This document shows, in pieces, positions 26,522-40,146 of a DNA stretch of 64,000 nt; the stretch's first letter is position 1, and every line of letters starts with the position of its first letter. The stretch is taken from assembly GCF_009914755.1 (NCBI RefSeq), contig NC_060937.1; one strand, written 5' to 3'. The notes under the pieces were generated by a model, which was given only the letters and a program-made list of their open reading frames with translations, had not been told where the DNA came from and made no database searches. The position numbers and the translations under genes are program-made. The DNA is from the human T2T-CHM13v2.0 reference genome, Homo sapiens.

Positions 26522-27695
26522 GGAGTGCATAGCTTCACAATTCCCTGTAGATCACAAATATTTGTCAGTTCACCATAATTTGTCTTTTTATGAGTACTTA
26601 GAGATTAATTCTCACTGCATTGGGAGTGAATATACAAGATGCTTCTGATATCCTGGTTTTGCCCTGCTAGAGTAACAAATATGTGAAACATAATAATCTC
26701 AAATTCATTATGAAGTTACTATATTCCCAGCAAGAATATCTCAAAGTGGCCTAAATTTAACTATTTTTTAAGAAAATAAGAACTCTGTAAATAAGAGAAC
26801 TTTGTATTTTAGATTACTTATACACGATAAACCTACACAATATCTCTGATGCAAGCAAAAGTGCATAAAAGTACTGTGAGCATATCATTGGATTTGCACT
26901 ACTACTATAGTGATAGAAAAGGCCATTCCATGCTTGGTTGAACTAAATGTTAGCAGGTAGGCCACGAAGTGGCTGTGGGGTTAGAACAGTAATATTTTGG
27001 GGATTTCTATAGTCCTAGGCCTGCTTTGTGTTGAGATGCGAAAGCCAACTAGCACCTAACCTCTGCAAAATCTTTCCATAAAACTATCAGTCTTATTGTA
27101 CATTCCTTGGGGGAAGATACCTGATTATATAAAACTTATGTTTTACCTTTTATCTATCTTTCTATGTAATAATTCCCAAATTACTGTAAGTGTCAGGGTG
27201 AAATATAGCTGGTCACCTTTTTTTATTCAAGTTGTCAAAACAAAAAAAAAAAGAAAAATTTCAGACCAGCAGATATTGTCACATCATTTTTCTCTAAATT
27301 AAAAGATAGAAGTATCTCACCTCTCTTTGAATTCATCACTTTGTGTGTTAGATATAAATCTTCCCTACTACTCTGACCTACAGGTGATTAATGTTTTCTT
27401 TCTCTGTATTCATCTTTGCCCCTCCCTTTTAATTTCTATAAAACAGGTAATACCATTAAGGTCCTTACATGAACATACTTCTTATGCATCAAAATAGAAA
27501 GTGCAGTCTTCTAAAGAACTTTTTGTTTTTTTGGACTGCCTAATATATTTTGTGCTAAAGAGTTCCGTATGGTTGAAACTCCTAAGGAAAAGTGCTTACC
27601 TTTAAAAATACTTAAATATGACTTGACACAGTGGCCCAAAATGTGTAAGAAAGTCAAAGAAAAAAAGAAAGTATAAAGGAACAGGTCATTTATTA

Positions 27696-28103
<408 letters not shown>

Positions 28104-31100
28104 TCACCAACTCTCAGTTGACTAGAATTAGAAATATAAAAACAGAAATGGCAGAGGAAGTGAAAGTGTGGTCCCTTTGGAGCTAGCTTTATAATTTCCG
28201 AAAGATCCACCTCTGCTTTATTATATGGGGCAATGAAAACTCTCAGCAGTTCGCTTCACAGGGGAGTCTTCCATTACCGACCTGGCATTCCTCCTCGGCA
28301 ATACAAGGTCACTCAATTATCCTCTCTTCAGATGCCAGCCCCACAGAAGGAAACTACTCTACTGAGGAAGCTCCCCGCAATAGTGCAATTGTACAAACAG
28401 AAACAAAGTACTGGCATCTTGCTAAAATGTGTTTTCCCAAGCAACTGAAGTGTAATTTTCAGCAGTACAGTATCAACTACTAAACTACACATAAAATGTG
28501 AGTGCCTAGTCAAAAGGAAACAATCTTTCTTCATTCTAAGCCAGTCATACCTTTTGTATTACTGTGTGGAATATCATTTATTTAAGTCGGAGTAACCTAT
28601 CCATGAACAAGGAAAATCCATTTAGAAAAGTATTACTTCAGCACAGCAATTGCAAGCAAAATTCTCCTAAAAGGATAGGCAGGAAGATTAGGACAATGTC
28701 TCCTTTTTTATTTTAAACAGTAAAACTGCCCTGATTTACAAGTTTATAAGAGCTGCAAAACTCCCCCTGAGAATTATAAACTTCTTTTTTCTCTTGAATT
28801 TGTCCAAATGAATGCATCACTCTACTATTCACTTGGATAGGTTTGTAAGAATGAATGTGTTTTTTAAAAAAATAACCTCTCATTACTCAATTAATTATCA
28901 AAGTAGTAGAAAATTCACGTGGGAAACAACTTTTAAACTTTGAGTGGTACCCTTCTCTACTCTTCTCTAGCAAAGTCTTATGGAGATTGATTGCTTCCAC
29001 ACTGTACCTCCTTTAATCTCCTCTAACTGCTGTTGACCTATCTCTGCCATTCCTCTCCAAGTATATAATAAATCAAGTACATTTTACATGAAAAATGAAG
29101 TAATTACTCAGTGAATCCAATGGCTAATTGCACATAAAGGCCTCTGGGAAATATAGGACAAATCAGTGTCAGATTTCAAAAGACAGAAAGGAAGTTGAAG
29201 TTAATAACTCTCAAATACTGACAGGCTGAAAAGGACTTGAAATGCACCATCTCTTCAGGCACAAACTGATTCCCCACTTAGGGGAATTGCAAAACTCTAG
29301 CTATACACACCTTCTTTATACCAATAATAGTACTAACAACTGAGAAAATAGAACCTATTGCACTAAAGTGAACTATTTTGGAGGGAAAACTGAAACTGTC
29401 TTTTATTACTATTTGTATGAAGTCTTTGAACAGCAAAAGGGTCTGTGTCTTTTTCCTTTTGTTTGTGTATCGGTAGAGTCATATTTGTTCCAAAAACTAA
29501 TAACTAAACTGTTTGTTTAGATGTAATGAAATCTGATTGCCTCTAGAATGTTGAATAAAAACATATTGGAATTAAATATTATGCAATCTCTTTTTATTAC
29601 AAGAAGTCCATTTGAAAGTTTTGTGTTTTTTTCCCGTTTGCAAAAGTATTTAATAGTTCACACTGATTTGTTTTGCCTCTTGCTTCTTATATCTCTTTTA
29701 CATGGCAGGTAGTATGTATCTATGACATAAAAGATGATAAATACCACAGTTACAGAATAAAGGTATAAAGCAAAAGGTTCCTCATACAGATCAATATCAC
29801 ATGAACACAAGATAGTATTGTGTACTAGAAGGAGTTATATCACCATGCTGTTAAAAAAAAAAAAGCACTTATCTGTTGCAGAAAAAAAAATATTTTTTTC
29901 TAGGAATTTAATGATCCACAACTTTTATGATGAATTATAATCATAAATACACATACAACACATTTACACCACACATCATGAACACACACATGCATACATC
30001 TCTCTCTCCCTGCATATATAGTTGTTACATTGATATTTTGTATTGTGAATCACTATTACTGGAGTTTATTAAGAAATGATATCTCTGCTTCCAATTTCAA
30101 ACAAAAATGCAAGGTTTAATTTCCTTTTAAGCTCCTCCTACTTTTTTCTGATATGACCTAGGGTTCTGAAGGTACTTTTGTCTACAGAAAGAAATTATAA
30201 ATACTGTCACAGCAGGAGAAGATATGTGTTTGTGGCAAGGATTCCCAGTGGCCAACTTTTCAGACTTCATTATTTTTCGACAGTGTGTGGCTTATCTACT
30301 GAAACATGAAAACTTAATGCTGACTTGGTAACATTTTACTTCCATTTTATTGCTGTGCTTTCAGTATTAGATATCAACTCATTGAGATAAATTATGTCCA
30401 TAGTTATACCTTTATTTTGAGATTCTTATCTCTGTGTCCTCTATTAAGTGTCTTTATGGTATCTTTTTTTATTCTTAACAGAACTATGACATTAAATAGG
30501 AAAAGATAATAGGTCTGCCATCCTTCATCAATCTAGTATCACAGTAAGTCTAAACAAATGCTATTTACAATTAGGACAATCCTCAATATACATTAGTGAT
30601 GCCTGTGTCCATGTATCTGTTGATCCAATGAAAACATAAACATATGATTAATATCAGCAACATAGGTTTTTTGTCTTTTCTTACCAGCAAGTAAGATGAT
30701 AGTAAAAAAAAATAGATGTTTTATCCAGTTAAACAGTGGGACTACATCCATTGCTGATGTTGGTTGCATTATAATTGCGAGGAGTTTCTCTGGGGAGAAC
30801 ACTAACTGCTGAAATATATAACTAATCCCTTTCAGTTTTTTGAAGCATTTGCATACCTTTGTGTGAAAATCACTGACTTTTACCACTGATTTTCTCCCAT
30901 TTCCTCAGGCCAGGCCATGATACTTGATGTAAAAGGGAGTCTGTGTTTTGTTTTGTTTTTTAAATCATCCATTGTGTTTTTCCCATGCTTATTATCATGA
31001 CAATGCTGCAGTGCCTTAAGAAAAAGGATTTTTAAAATAACTTGAAATGATTAAACAGTGTTGGAGGTAAAAAAAAAATCCATTTTTTTTTTGTTTTAAA

Positions 31101-31697
31101 TATTTTTTGTGTTTTTGATTCCTTTTGTCTCCTGCTTCTTTGGTAATATTGGTTCTATTAGACTCAGGTTGTGATAAGACCTGCTAGGCTAAAGAACAAA
31201 AGACAAATGAGAACTCTCCGATAATAGATAGCTCCACTTTTGCATTTATTTTGAGACTGGGAGGATGCATCGCTTTATTCCTATCGAGTACAAGAAAACA
31301 ACAGTCTTTATCCCCGCTTAATCACAATGGATTGCCATGGTGTACTTATTAATAGTTATATATGGAAAGCTAGTTAAAAATCATTGTTTTCAATCTGGAG
31401 ATCGAAAGCACTGTTGTGAACATCAAGGCAGAATATTAAAATAAACGGATAGTATGTTACGAAAGTCTCAAGAAACAATTTTCTTGTTATGGCATGCACC
31501 AATTTCATTCACTTGATATTCTTTACTATTAAGAATCTAAACTAAAGGAAGAAAAGCCTCACCTAAATTTTAACGACTCTTCTAAGTAATATTGATTATG
31601 CTTTGAACTACGCTTTAAATTGTTTGGGGTGGTCCATTCTCTAAATACTTAAAATGCAAGAGGGCTCCTGGACAAACAAGGGAAAAACATTTATTTT

Positions 31698-31787
31698 AAG
31701 CTTTAAATGAAAGTCATTTTAAGATACTGCTCATACATTGTACTAATGCATTAAAATAAATATGTTCATTAGATTTTAAGGTAGATT
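31698..31787 (+). repeat. 90-bp dispersed direct repeat, copy 1
   Basis: 86/90 identical to 33207-33296. Confidence 0.95.
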
Positions 31788-31957
31788 TCCACTGAATGAT
31801 TGTTAATCAACAATAGCACAAATGGAATTTAGAGATAGGCTACATGCTTGCATTAACTTAAGTTCTCTTGGCTGCAATTTTCTCTCCTATAAAATGAGGA
31901 GAATATCTATACATCTCTAATTGCTGCTTGCATTCTAAGACATTATTTGTGTTCTGA

Positions 31958-32264
31958 TTTTGTTTTGTTTTTGTTTGAGAGACAGGGTTTTGTTCTTTTG
32001 CCCAGGCTGGAATGCAATGGCACAAGCACAGCTCATGGCAGCCTCTACCTCCAGGGCTCAAGTGATCCTCCCACCTTTGCCTCCTAAATAGCTGGGACTA
32101 ATTACAGGCATGTACCACCATGTCCAGCTATTTTTTAGTGGTTTTTTTTTTTTCTTTTGTAGAGACAGGGTCTCACTATATTGCTCAAGCTGGTCTCAAA
32201 CTTCTAGGCTGAAGCAATCCTCCTGTCTTGGCCTCCCAAAGTGTCCGGATGATGGGCATGAGCC
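31958..32264 (-). mobile_element. AluJ (Jo/Jr-like)
   Basis: Diverged dimer; ggctcaagtgatcctccc and aagcaatcctcctg. Confidence 0.9.
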
Positions 32265-32511
32265 TTGTATTTACTTTGTAAGGTGGAAATGCTTAAACCA
32301 CATCTTCATGCTTAAACGTTCCCCATGGGTGAGTCAGCATAGAATTTGTCTAAATAAGGATTGGAAAACATTTATAAATAGATCAGTATGTTTTAATATG
32401 TAAGACACTAAAAATGAACTGTAAATGGAGAAGCAAAAACTAAATATTTAAACAAAAATTCTTGGCAATGAATCGAAATGCTATTTTATTGTCAAAATAC
32501 ATATTTGATTA

Positions 32512-32732
32512 ATTTTTTTTGTTTTGCTTTGTTTTGTGATGTAGTCCTTCTCTGTCACTAGACTGGAGTGCAGTGGCCCAATCTCGGCTCACTGCAACCT
32601 CTGACTCCTGGGTTCAAGCTCTTCTCCTGCCTCTGCCTCCCGAGTAGCTGGGACTACCGGCACATGCCCAATTTTTATATTTTCGGTAGAGACGGGGTTT
32701 CACTTTCGGAGGCCAAGGAGGGCAGATGTCAA
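32512..32732 (-). mobile_element. AluSc-like element with an inverted 5' segment (32701-32732 reads on +)
   Basis: Antisense Alu up to ggggtttcac, then sense cactttcggaggccaaggagggcagat; TSD gattaatttt 32507-32516 / 32733-32742. Confidence 0.85.
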
Positions 32733-33206
32733 GATTAATTTTATTTTTTTAATCACTTACTTCCATGTCTTACTAGCCATTCTCCTCGGTCTTTTCTTTC
32801 TACCTGTTATTAATGACTGCCTGTTGTAGGACTTTGCCACAGTATTACAGTATTTCAGACTAGGTGACAACATTAGATCTCATAATTTTCTAAAAAATGG
32901 CTTAACCAAGGGTGAGATGTAGCAGTTTAAAGATATGCATGACTGAAACTATCTCTGAAGAAGTTAAAAGGTCACCTTACGGTCTTAGCAACACATCTTT
33001 CTGTGGGTTGAGGAAGCCACTTATGTGCCCACACTGGGTGGAACTCCGGCAGTTCAGTGCTGTTGGGATTCAGGGCTTCTGGGCTGACGTTATTTCTGGC
33101 AGAAAAGCACAAAACTGGGGCTTCACTTGAAACGATGGTGAAACGGAACCAGCTGTTTCCAGATAATCATGGGTATATTCCAGACTCTTAATATATTCCT
33201 TTATGG

Positions 33207-33296
33207 AAGCTTTAAATAAAAGTCATTTTAAGATACCATTCATACATTGTACTAATGCATTAAAATAAATATGTTCATTAGATTTTAAGGTAGATT
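33207..33296 (+). repeat. 90-bp dispersed direct repeat, copy 2
   Basis: 86/90 identical to 31698-31787. Confidence 0.95.
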
Positions 33297-34251
33297 GTCT
33301 GCTTTTCTAGTCTCTCATATTAAACCACTGCACCCCTTTCTATATCTCATGGTTGATTTTTTTTTAGTTAAATATTAATGATATATAAAAATAACTAGAC
33401 AGTGCAAAACTATTTGTAGATCATCATAAATTAACAAATTACTTTTGTATTTAACTATTAGTTATTTTTAGAGGAAAATTTTAAAATAAAAATCATTGTT
33501 CCCTGGATCCTAAGATTCTTTTTTAGCTAGATCTTAAGACATTAGTCAATTAATCCTAGGGACATTCAACCTAATGATTGAAGTCTACAAAATAGACATG
33601 ACATAAAAGTTGTCTGAAATAAACAAAAACCATTGTTAAATAAGAAAACATACTTGCAAACAGTATGTTGAGCTTGATTTCTTTTATATTTACATCTACA
33701 TCTATTTATTTAAAAATCTTAAAGATGCACACTACCCAGAGAAGGGAAGTTACGGACAATTTTTATTTTCACTTGTACTTTCAAATCATCTAACTGGCCT
33801 TCCAACCTCCGCAAACATATGGCCCACATTGAACTCCCAAAGGCAGCCAATCACATTAAAATTGGATTTGATGAAATAAAATGAGTTGACTTTTTTTGTT
33901 CTTTCTATGTCTTTAGATATAGAAAATAACACTATGAAAGGATCATCATGGCAGCATATACACTTCCTTTGTTTTTATTCCATTATCTTCCTTACCATGG
34001 CTTTTAGAAGTGGTATTTTCATTAATGTATATTGAGATTTCAACTTTGGAGAGTAAACCAAACAAATTCACAACTGAAAATGCAGCTAGCCCCAGCTACC
34101 ATGTCACACTGATATAACAATATAACTTAGAAGGTAGCAGATATTCTCTAGGACTAAAAGTCAGGAAATTTTTTTGTAAAGAGTCAGAAGAATGTGAAAA
34201 CTCTAGTTTTATAAAGATGGATTGTTTTGAGTTGTTTCTTTTTAAAGTTAT

Positions 34252-34606
34252 TGTCTTAGTTCAGGCTGCTATAACAAAGTACTATAGACTAGGTGGCTTA
34301 TAAACAACTGAAATTTATTTCTCACAGTTCTGAAGGCTGAAAGTCTGAGATCAAGGTGACAGTATCGTTGGGTTCTGGTGAGGGTTCTCTTTTAGTGTGC
34401 AGAATGCTGATTTATCTTTGTATCCCCATGTGGCAGAAAGAGGGCAAGACAGCTCTCAGGGGTCCCTTCTATAAGTGTATTTATCCCACTCCTGAGGGCC
34501 CCAATCTCAATATGTAATTAATTCTCTAAGGTCCTGATTCCACCACACTGGGGGCTAGAGTTTCAACATATAAATTTGGGGGGACACAAACATTCAGTTC
34601 ACAGCA
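34252..34606 (-). mobile_element. MLT1A0-like MaLR LTR
   Basis: tgtcttagttcaggctgctataacaaagtac..aatttatttctcacagttctg..ggggacacaaacattcag. Confidence 0.9.
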
Positions 34607-36187
34607 GATGGCTTAATTCAATTTTTATTGTATGCTTATTTTCCTTTCTCTTTCTTACACATATTTTTCTTTAAGTTATGACTGTAGTTGCACACATTCT
34701 TATAAGAACTATGCGAACTGGTGACTCAGAATAACTGTCTAATGAATGTAGTATACATCAAGGCCGACAACCTTTTCTAGTACCCCTAGGAATATTTGAA
34801 ACATAATCTGTTGTTAGAGATTCTGAAATTCATAACAAATTCAAAAATAGCTCTTGTCAACTGTGACACAAGCTATAGTTATTAATACCTGGCAGGCATA
34901 TTTTATTATAAAACAGTGGCTCACCTTTTTTCCTCAATTTATTGTATAAAAATACACCTGGCTCCCAAAGTACTAAATGGCTCTGTAATAAAGAAGCATT
35001 ACTGAGTCCTTTGATCCAAATCTGCTTGATTGTTCATGTATAAGTGGCGTGAATAGAAATCAAGTCAGTGAACCACTAAAATTTTGACATTCTGATTAAT
35101 AAAAATGATAATAATAATAAAGTAACAACAATTTTTAAATTATATTCTTCAGAACATGAAACACTAGAAAATGGAAAGTAAATGAAACAGTAAATTACAT
35201 GTTAAATAAATGTTTTTAAACATTTTCTGAGTATTCCCATTTCTTTTGCAGCTATTTACCACTAGATTGGGAATTATACAGGAATAAAATGTTCTCTTTT
35301 AACCAATATGAAATTTTTTAAAAAAAGAAACAGAGTATCACTGCAACCTCTTTAAGTCCCAAATATCTTACTATAATTCCAAATATTCTTGTTGAAAGTT
35401 TCTTAGAATTACAAGCTAATAGGTTGGCTGCATTTACCAGCTGTAGTTACTTCTGCTCAGTCCCCCACTAAATACCAGGTGTGAGAAAAGCAATAGCAGG
35501 CATAATCCCAACTACAACAATTTATACCACTTTATATATAAAGTATCAATTTGTTTTGAATTGCCACTTTCCAGAATTTCACACTAAACTGGATTGATTA
35601 TGAATGTAACACAAGAAAATTTCCCCTTTACCAGCTAGAAAGCAGATATTATGCTTATTATGCTTCCTAGAGGATCGTAGACTCAAGAGACTTGAATCTC
35701 AAAAATCCCTCTTCTTTTATGTTCATCTAATTAAAATATTACTCAGGAAAGGCTCTGGTTGACACTGCTTGGGTAACATGCTCTCCAATTTTTCAAGAAC
35801 CATATGATATCATTGGCAGCCCCCACTATAACTACAAAATTGAAATAGGAGTTTGAGGGAGCACTTCTCCCCAAGAATATGATGCTAGTTACCAGAAGTA
35901 AGAAAGTTTCAAAGACTAAACCAGAAATATCCACTATAAAGTGTTTTTGAATGATTCTAGCTATATTTGTAATATCATTAAAATGAGGAAATCAGTTATC
36001 AAATGCTATCTTAAAGATCACACGTGTATCTGCTCCTCTGCTCCTCTTCCCCACCACTTACAGGTTATCTGTTAAGTTTAAAAAGCAATTTTTCCATTAA
36101 TATCTCAATTGATTATTCATACCACCCCATATGGTTGTAGGACAAGTATTACTTCTATATTATAAATAATATGTTCTTTGGGTTTAT

Positions 36188-36290
36188 AAGGTGAGTTATT
36201 TAAGGTCTTACACCTCAGGGAGTACAACAGCTGAAGCTCAAACATAGATCTTCTGATTCCTTGTCCAGTGCTCTTCCTTTTATACCATGC
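36188..36290 (-). mobile_element. MIR fragment
   Basis: aaggtcttacac..tctgattccttgtccagtgctcttccttttatacca. Confidence 0.6.
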
Positions 36291-37409
36291 AGGTGTGAAT
36301 GTAATAACAGCAACAACAAAAACAATCAAAACAACCAGGTATTGGCATAATCATTTGGTACTATTTTTTAAACATTAAAAGTAAACTTAATTTTTTGCAC
36401 TTTTAGAAAATTTTTGTTGTGTTCTTATTTTATATCTTCTAAATGCTTCCTGTATATTTTAATATTCAATTATCACATATCTGTGAGGAAAACATGACTC
36501 AATGTGGCTTTTTCTTCTAGGCACAAATGAAGAAAGTCTTGATATTTTTGTATTTTCAAGACAATACAAATACAAATGACCAAGAATAACTTGGAGAAAT
36601 TAGAAAAATGTTAACTGAATTCTACAAAAATTTTCAAATGAATAGATATAGCTTCTGAAAATTGGATGAATGGAATATTTTGAAAATGTATATGCTAAAT
36701 GAATACAGTACTGATTTCAAGTTATGAAACCGTGCTTTTCTATCATCACAGAATAGGTACCCAAATAGTTATAAGTACAAGTTGAAATGAGTGGGCGTTT
36801 AAAAGCAGATATGACACCAGTTTTAACAATATGTAAACAGACAAGTTGAAGAATTAAAAAAAGTTGCAGAATTGCATTCAACTCATGAGTTTCCTATGAC
36901 TCAGTCAACGAATTTTAGGAGCTAAAAGCTCTCAAAAAATTCTTTGAAATCCCTTGGGGGTACAACATGGAATTATTAAAATTATAAGTGTACATGAATT
37001 TGCTTATTTATCTCTCAACACTGCTGTTTTGACAAATAGACCTCAATTTTGGAAAGGATGAGGATAACTGAATGCATAGCTATCAAGCATGTGTTTATGG
37101 GAATGCCAGAAGCATGCTCAGGTATTTCTAATTATCTGCCTCGATGAGAACCACTAGTTGCATTGTACGCACTGATCATGAGCACCCCTGAGTCTTCAGG
37201 GCTCATTAGTCAGCCAATGATGCATTATGCTCAGTGAGTGCTGAACATTGGGTTACTCTTTCAAGATATAAGGTCTGGATTGAAGTGAACCTGAAATCTA
37301 TATCGTCCATATTAACTATTTAATTAGCATATATTTCACATAATTGGTATACATATTTTGATATATATAATAAATAGGTGAAAGAAATAAGATCAGTTGA
37401 TATATTATG

Positions 37410-37698
37410 TAGCATAACAGGCCTACAGAGAAGATAACATCCAAACAGAAAACCTCCACAAAATGAAGGAGTTTGATATGCAGATACTGGGCCAAGAGCA
37501 TTCCAGGCAGAATTTGCTTTGCACATTTGAAGAATAAAAGAAATCCTGTAGTGCTGGAGCAGAGGGAAACGTGGGAGATATGTGGGGTAATGAGGTCAAG
37601 GAAAGAGCTTAGGTCTGAATTACACAGAGCTTTCTGGACTGTTAAGAAGGCTTTAGTGTTTACTCTGTAAAGATTAACACAGAAGTCATTCAAACAGT
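37410..37698 (-). mobile_element. L2a fragment
   Basis: tgaaggag..atgcagatactggg..aagagcattccaggcaga..gctggagcagag..aatgaggtca. Confidence 0.75.
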
Positions 37699-38423
37699 TA
37701 TTTTAATTTAAATAAATATTTAATTCAGGACACATTTGATCACTGAGTAACTCAGTCACTAAATAGGAAGTGTTCTAGCTTTGGTAGTTTAGTGACCAAA
37801 GTGAGGTGAACATTTTTGTTAAATGTTCATCTTAAAAACTATCTAGTAAAATTTTCATTAAACTCCAAATGGACTCTCCAAGTAATTTATTGTGGATTGT
37901 TCCTGGGAAAAAATCAGTTTACTTTTCCTTTTATCTTTTTATGTTTTTAAGGCCACTGAAAAATCAAAAATTCATTACAGGAAAACAAAAAGGTAAAATA
38001 TGTTTTTCTTTACCCTTCTCATTAGAGTTACTTTGGTAGCCTAGTTCAGTGACAAAGATACTCTCAAAAAGTCTTTCGTGCTAGTGGTGTTCAGACAATA
38101 CAAATGTTTCACTTATATTTTCATTAATTACTGCTTTGCACTGTTGGTTTCTGCATATTATTCATGGAGACAGAAAGAAAGATGATGCGGTAACAATTAA
38201 AACATGCACATAGAAAGCAATTAAGACTGGGGAAACATCTACAAAAATAATATTTCACAGGAAGGCAATGATTTAATACTTTTCAATACCTTTTTATAGA
38301 CAAATATTCAATAACCATTGTCCACAACTAGAAAGTTCGAGGAAATTATTTCACAAGAATGGTGCCTTTTACTGAATTACATTTCCCGATTCTTCAATAT
38401 TCACATCTCCTGGTGTAATGCAA

Positions 38424-38770
38424 TGTGATGGTCAAGATTCTCCAGAGAAACAGAACCAACAGGACATATATACATAGTGGAAGCTCACAAGTCCCAAATC
38501 TGCACAGCAAGCTGGCAGGCTGGGGACTCAGGGAAGGGCTGCAATTTGAGTCCAAAGGAAGTGTGTTGGCAGAATTCCCTCTTCCTTGTTGGGGGTCAAT
38601 CTTTTTTTTTTTTAATTAAAATCTTCAACTGATTGAATAAGCCTCACTCAAATTATGGAGAGTGATCTGCATTACCTAAAATCTACTAATTGAAATGTCA
38701 ATCTCATCTAAGTAAAGTTTAATCAAGTATCTGGTACTTTGGCCTAGCCAATTGACACATAACTATCATA
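38424..38770 (-). mobile_element. MLT2 (ERVL) LTR, internally deleted
   Basis: ttctccagagaaacagaaccaacagga..ggcagaattccctctt..cttcaactgattg..tggcctagccaattgacacata. Confidence 0.85.
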
Positions 38771-39252
38771 CATAAGATGAAGACCATTACAGGTTTGGGA
38801 TGGAATGCATTTTTCTCCAGGGAGTGTAAGAGTCTAGTCTTAGCAAAATATTTGACGGAAGATTATTCTTCAGTGAGAAGCGTAATATTAAATATAGTGT
38901 CTTCCCATTTTAGAACAATTAAAATAGAAACAAAACTTTAAAATAAATTATATATACACATGTCTACATTAATCTATATTTTTAACACAGTATCTCATGA
39001 TTCTAAAACCATTGCAGAAAATAGAAGCAAAAATGTACAACAAAATATATGTACATATATATTTATATATTGCAATATTTACCTGTCTAATATGCTCATA
39101 GAAGATTTTAGAATTAAAATTTTTCTCTCTCTTGATTCAAACTTCTCAGAAAAATAGTTTACATCCACTACCTTCACCTCTTTAACAATATTCACTCAAC
39201 ATCTTACTACAATCTACTGGAACTACCTTCATTGAAGTTACCATTTACATCT

Positions 39253-39514
39253 TGATATGGTTTGGCTGTGTCCCCACCCAAATCTCATTTTGAATTGTAT
39301 TTCCCATAATCCTTATGTGTCATGGGAGGGACTCGGAAGAAAGTAATTGAATCATGGGTGTGGTTACCGCCATGTTGCTGTTCTCATGATAGTGAGTTCT
39401 CATGAGATCTGATGGTTTTATAGGGCCTTTCCCCCTTTTGCTTTGGATTTCTTGCTGCTGCCATGTGAAAAAGGACATGTTTACTTCCCCTTCTGCTGCC
39501 ATAATATTGGGAGG
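39253..39514 (+). mobile_element. THE1C-like LTR, 3'-truncated
   Basis: tgatatggtttggctgtgtccccacccaaatctca..gagatctgatggttttata. Confidence 0.9.
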
Positions 39515-39688
39515 TGAATACAATCATAGAGCTCAGACATGGCTGGAAGAATCACTCAGCTGAGCTCAGCCCAAGTTACTGACCCACAGAATCTGAAGCT
39601 AAATAAATGGTTATTGCTTTAAGTCATGGAGTATTGGGTTTTTTTGTTTGTTTGTTTTGTTTTTACACAGTAATACATAACTGATAAA
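39515..39688 (+). mobile_element. MLT1 (F/G-like) 3' end
   Basis: cagctgagctcagcccaag..ctgacccacagaatc..aaataaatggttattgctttaagtca. Confidence 0.7.
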
Positions 39689-39834
39689 CATACTTGCATT
39701 ATTTTTGTAAACACAAAAAGCTTAACATTTACAATTTTTTTTGCCTTGCTGCCTCCCCAAAAATTATTTCTAAGAGATACCCAAAATAATATCCATATTT
39801 TATATTTTCCTATTTTTCTTTATTTTTTTATTTT

Positions 39835-40146
39835 CTTTTTTTCCTTTTTTTTTTTTTTTTTGAGACAAGGTCTTGCTGTGTCACCCAGGCTGCAGTGTAG
39901 TAGTGGAATCAAGCTCACTGCAGCCTTGACTTTCTGGGCTCAAGCCATGCTCCTACCTTAGCCTCCTGAGTAGCTGAGATTACAGGCCTGAACCACTATG
40001 CCCAGCTATTTTTTAATTTTTACTTTTTTGCAGAGACAGGGTTTCACTATGTTGCCCAGGCTGGTCTTGAACTCCTGGGCTCAAGAAATCCTCCCACCTC
40101 AGGTGCCAAAGTGCTGGGATTACAAGTGTGAGCCATTGTTCCTGGC
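39835..40146 (-). mobile_element. AluJ (Jo/Jr-like)
   Basis: gctcactgcagccttgac, ctcctgggctcaag; full dimer. Confidence 0.9.
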
